DNA of 64,000 bases, taken from assembly GCA_039621445.1 (NCBI GenBank), contig CP154954.1, forward strand, positions 37,433,703-37,497,702. Reading direction: 5' to 3'. Shown here piece after piece: positions 59,763 to 64,000 of this stretch. Position 1 is the first letter of the stretch; each line of letters starts with the position of its first letter. The DNA comes from Euglena gracilis. Lineage: Eukaryota. Below the pieces are notes generated by a model, which saw nothing but the letters and a program-made list of their open reading frames with translations, did not search any database and was not told where the DNA came from. Both the position numbers and the translations under genes were made by a program.

Positions 59763-62700
59763 ATGCAGAGCACAACTCCCATCGACTACGCTGCATTGAT
59801 TGGGTCACTTCGAGGACTTGAACCTGCAGCACCATTGACCAGCTCTATTGAGCATTCACAACCCCATCGGGGTAATCAAGCATTGATCCATTCCAAAGGT
59901 AATCCTCCTTCCCCGCGTGCGTCACACCTATCGGTGTCTGTGTCGAGTTATCCTCCCCCCGCCCAATGGGCATCCCCACACCTATCGGTGTCAAGCTCTA
60001 TAGAGCAACCCCATGCCCAACAGGCAGAACCCCTTTTGTTGGAAAGCCGATCGGCTAACACCCATTCCCCCCAGCAAGATCTCGCACTGGTGCCGATAGG
60101 CACATTTGTCTCTGAGGCGGATACGCCACGGCAAATTTTTGCTGAGGGTGGGTTAGAAACACCATGTTTCTTTCAGCCCCCCCCCTATGCATCCCCCCAC
60201 AAGTCCGATTGGACAATTGCCCGCACCACCCGATACGGGTTCTTTCCATGCATTACCATGGCACCCGGAGATGCGTTTAACGGTTCCCGCTTATACAAGC
60301 CCCTCCGAGTCCATGAGCAGTGATGCGGAAGAGTTGGAAAATATTTCCCCTCAACCCATCACCGTGATTCAGCGCATAGTCGCAAATCTTCCAGTGGACC
60401 ACCCGCTAACGCGGCAAATTTCCCATGTCCACACTTGTGTAGCGGATTGCGCTATGACACTTAACAAGGTTCTGGATTTTGATGAGAACAACCAAAAGGT
60501 TGTAGAGCACAAGCTCAATTACCTTTGGAGTTATGTGCGTGATGTTGGTCAATATTGCCAAACAAACTTTCAATCCACCAATGTGGACCTAGCAACCTTG
60601 CGACAAGGTTTGTACACACATTTGCAGGCATATTTGCCACAACACTTCCAAAAAGTGAGTGAAGCCATGTGTGAAACACAATCCCGCAATGATGCGATTT
60701 TCTCCAACATGCAACATAGTTTGCAAGCTTTGTCCCATCAATTGGAGCCAATTACGGCAATTTTTCCACAATTGCAGCAAAAGTTGCATGAGCCCCCCAT
60801 CAAAAATCCCGATTTGGGACAATTTATTACAATGGAGCAATTCTCCACCCTTGCAACCGCATTTCAGGAAGCGCAACAGCGCATTTTCCAGTTGAGCGGT
60901 GATTCCGCGAATTTTACCCACTTTTCTGCCCAAGCCCATGAAAGTTTTGCCCCCGCACGTATGTGCAACAATTGGAGGAAAGACTTTCCCGATTGGAGCA
61001 GAAATCTTGCCATTGTGGTGAGATTCCCGCTGAAATTGCAAGTTTTCACACCCAAATCGCGCATATCGCGAGTAGGATTGAGAATTTGCAGCAACAGTGG
61101 CGAAATGACACAATGGAATTCCGAACCGCAATCGCGGATTTGCAAAACCGCAATGCAGCAACCCGTGCACCAACACCGGATATTAGTGGACTCAAAGCCA
61201 CCATGTCCGACTTGCACAAACAGTTACAACAGGATGTTGGTAACATTGAAGCCTCATTGGCTAAGTTACACACCCGCTATGCGGAAGTAGCTGGTAGGAT
61301 CCCGGATGTTACCGGCATTCAAACCGCGATAGCGGATTTGCACAAACGCATGCAAGAAATGAGCACAAAAATGCTTCAGGTGCAATCACCACCCCAAGGC
61401 ACATTGCCGTTACCAACACCTACCCCCACACTCCCAAAAACACACTTGGACAAGATTTGCGCTGAAATGCGCGCGGAAAATCACCAAATCATGCAAGGAT
61501 TTTGTGACAGTCTCATGAACACCGAGAAAACGGTGAAGCAGGATGTCACAAAACTGCAAAATGACATTACCGCGCTATCCGCGCAAGTTTCTGTCTTGAT
61601 GGAACAGCCAATGGCTGAAAAAGTCAAAAGTCCGCATTCGGACCACCCCACCAAGCCATCTCCACAATTGGAGGCCATTTCCAGTGCGATGCGCACTTTG
61701 GTGACAAGAGTACAGGAATTGGACACTGGGTTTGGTGCAATTTCGCACGATTTTCAGTCAATTTCTGACAAAATCCCGCTTTTGGATGAACTACCCTCAT
61801 ACCGTAGGCGGATTAAGCGTTTGCAGGAGGATGTGGGTCGGATAACCGACAATTGGCAGGTTGTTGACCATTTGGAGCAAAGTGTGCATGAATTTGCAAC
61901 AAATTTGGACCAAATTCACGCACAACTGCGTTCCATCCACCAAAACCCGCAATCGGGTATGGTTGGCACACTTGCCGCATCTTCCAGCTCCAAAAGCGCT
62001 ATTCGCGCACCAATTCCCGAGTCCACAGGCACATTGCCACCAAATCGCGTTTCCGCTCATGCGGTGGTTCCCCCACTAGCATTACCAGTCCCAATGGACG
62101 AGTTTTCGGATGATGAGTCGGGTTTTCAAGCGAAAACCAGACCCACCCCCCTCTTAAATCAAGAGATTCGGGAATCCGAACTTATTCGTGGTATGATCCA
62201 CACCCCTACACCGGGTATTGGTCACACCTCCCAAATTCGCTTAGTAGCACCAATGGTGCAACCATGTGATACCTCACCCCCACATGCGCAACCGCATCAC
62301 CATTCGCGCAATCGCGATTCCCCTAATTTGCATGGTACCTATGGTACACTAAGTGGTATGTTCCATGCGCAATCGCAGAATAACCCGAACAATACCCTTG
62401 GTGCAACCACCGGAGTACCTGCACATGGTGCGATTTCGCGCCCGGGCCCACGCCCCTGGAATACCACCGAAGGGCCACGGGTTTCTCAGAAAGATTTCAA
62501 AGGCACCATCGCGATAGCGAACAAGGTGAAGCCCCAATGGGACGGTGACCCCACCACGTGGAAACAATTTTTCCGCGATTGGGAATATTACTGGGATTTG
62601 AAGGGACCCACCCAAGATGACAACCCGGAGGTAATCAAGATGGAATTCATCGATTGCCTCCCCAGGGATGAAAAAGAACGCGCCAGACAATTGGTCATTG

Positions 62701-63913
62701 GCAGGCGCATTTCTTTTGAAGAATTGGTTGAGCAATATGCTTCTTCATGCTCCAGTTTGGTTTCCAGAATCAGTCTGGAAAACAAATGGCGGCCAATTCA
62801 CCCCCCCGGACCGCAAATGGAAGTCGATAGACTTGTGGTACTCCAAGTGGCTTGCATTAGCAGCCGAGGTTGATGAGTTAGGGGAAAAGCAAATCAAAGA
62901 ACAATTTGATGCGGTATTACTGCGCTACATCCCCAAACTCATCAAGGAAATTCACCGCGAGGAACTCGCGGGACACATTTTGACTCTCGATGAGAGATGG
63001 AATTATATTTCCAAACAAATGAAGTTATCACAACTTCTGGGACAGATTGAATCGGCATATCACCACCACCCTACCGCGGGTGTACCCACCGGTTCAGTCC
63101 ATGCAGTCCAAAGGACTACCTCCCCAAAATCACCAAAATCACCATCGAGTGATTCCAAAACGCGCTATCCGCGCTCAAACCCCAAATCCCCGACACGGGA
63201 ATCCAAACCGCGCTATTCGCGCTCTTCTGACCAAGTTTCGGACAAAGTGTGCTTTTTGTGTAATCAACCGGGACATATGTCTCGCGAATGTCCGAACCCC
63301 CAAGCGCGAAAGCGCAGTAAGAGCCCCCGAGGATCCCTCACTTCCTGGAGTTCGCGTTCCTCACGATCTGCGCATTCGCAGCGGTCGGGATACCGATCGG
63401 GTGATGGAAGACCGCGTTCCCGTTCACCCCACCGCAATAGCGGACGTGGTTTCAAACCGCGAGGTCGGTCCCCCCGTACCCCCTACCCGTAATCGTTATG
63501 CCAATCGCGATTCTTCGCGATCTCGGTCGCGAAGTGGGTCATCCTCTTCGCGATCCGACCGCGGTCGAGCGGATAACCGCTCCCCGCGTCGCCATGATGC
63601 CAAAAGGCAATCGCAATCGCGAACCCGTTGTTCCCTTTGTGGGTCTAAAGACCACCATTCATCCAAGTGCCCCCGTTCCCGCTCTCCCCGCCCTAGCCAT
63701 GGTCGTCGCGATTCCAATCGCGGTTCTGCCAATAGGCAGCGGGTTGGTTTCAAAATATCCTCTATCGAGGAAAAAGACCTGGCTTCGGGCAGGGAGGGGG
63801 ATGAGAGCACCGAGGATGAGTTGGTGGAAGACAGGAATGCCATTCGCGCGATACGCGCAATTTACTCTAGGAAGTCCACCATAGGCCAAAAGGCCGACTC
63901 CGATATGGAGTAG
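59763..63913 (+). mobile_element. Large retrotransposon gag-like ORF with four frameshifts: coiled-coil N-terminus, capsid-like region, two CCHC zinc knuckles in an RS-rich tail
   Basis: Frames 59763-60180, 60187-60950, 60963-62800, 62800-63480 and 63480-63913 join end to end. PQWDGDPTTWKQFFRDWEYY is a gag-like motif; knuckles are CFLCNQPGHMSREC and CSLCGSKDHHSSKC. Confidence 0.72.
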
Positions 63914-64000
63914 GGGAGCCCGAGGTCTGAGGGCACGGACCTCTGGGCTGATGAACAGATGGAGGTAGGAACTGATCACCCCTGCCCCCCCTGCCCATCG

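Noticed and set aside
63047-63913. Cellular SR splicing factor with zinc knuckles
   Set aside because: It has no RRM, is intronless, and is contiguous with a gag-like ORF.

Overview
Eukaryotic nuclear DNA that is rich in introns, transposons and homopolymers, most likely from a euglenozoan (euglenid-like); the organism is inferred, not shown. Almost all ORF-track entries are spurious frames over G/C runs. Real content: (1) the 3' part of an 8-exon GT-AG spliced gene (6-24143, +) for an Mdm38/LETM1-fold protein resembling euglenozoan ATP synthase subunit ATPTB1, with a 13.3-kb MITE-filled intron; (2) a nested cluster of DIRS-type tyrosine-recombinase retrotransposons (27054-34330), including one intact 4.56-kb copy inserted precisely into the left ITR of an older relative; (3) exons of a possible EF-hand-like gene and a fragmentary vacuolar H+-pyrophosphatase pseudogene (-); (4) two TA-flanked, TIR-bounded elements sharing a Crypton-like recombinase ORF, one with a C-terminal PHD finger and a perfect 81-bp internal palindrome (best novelty candidate); (5) a short retroposon that appears to insert into G-runs; (6) a decayed chromoviral Ty3/Gypsy pol and a large gag with two zinc knuckles; (7) many hAT-type (8-bp TSD) and TA-flanked MITEs, often carrying GC-rich GAA/AAA-triloop hairpins. 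No rRNA, tRNA or CRISPR array was seen. All homology calls come from motif recognition by eye, not database searches.
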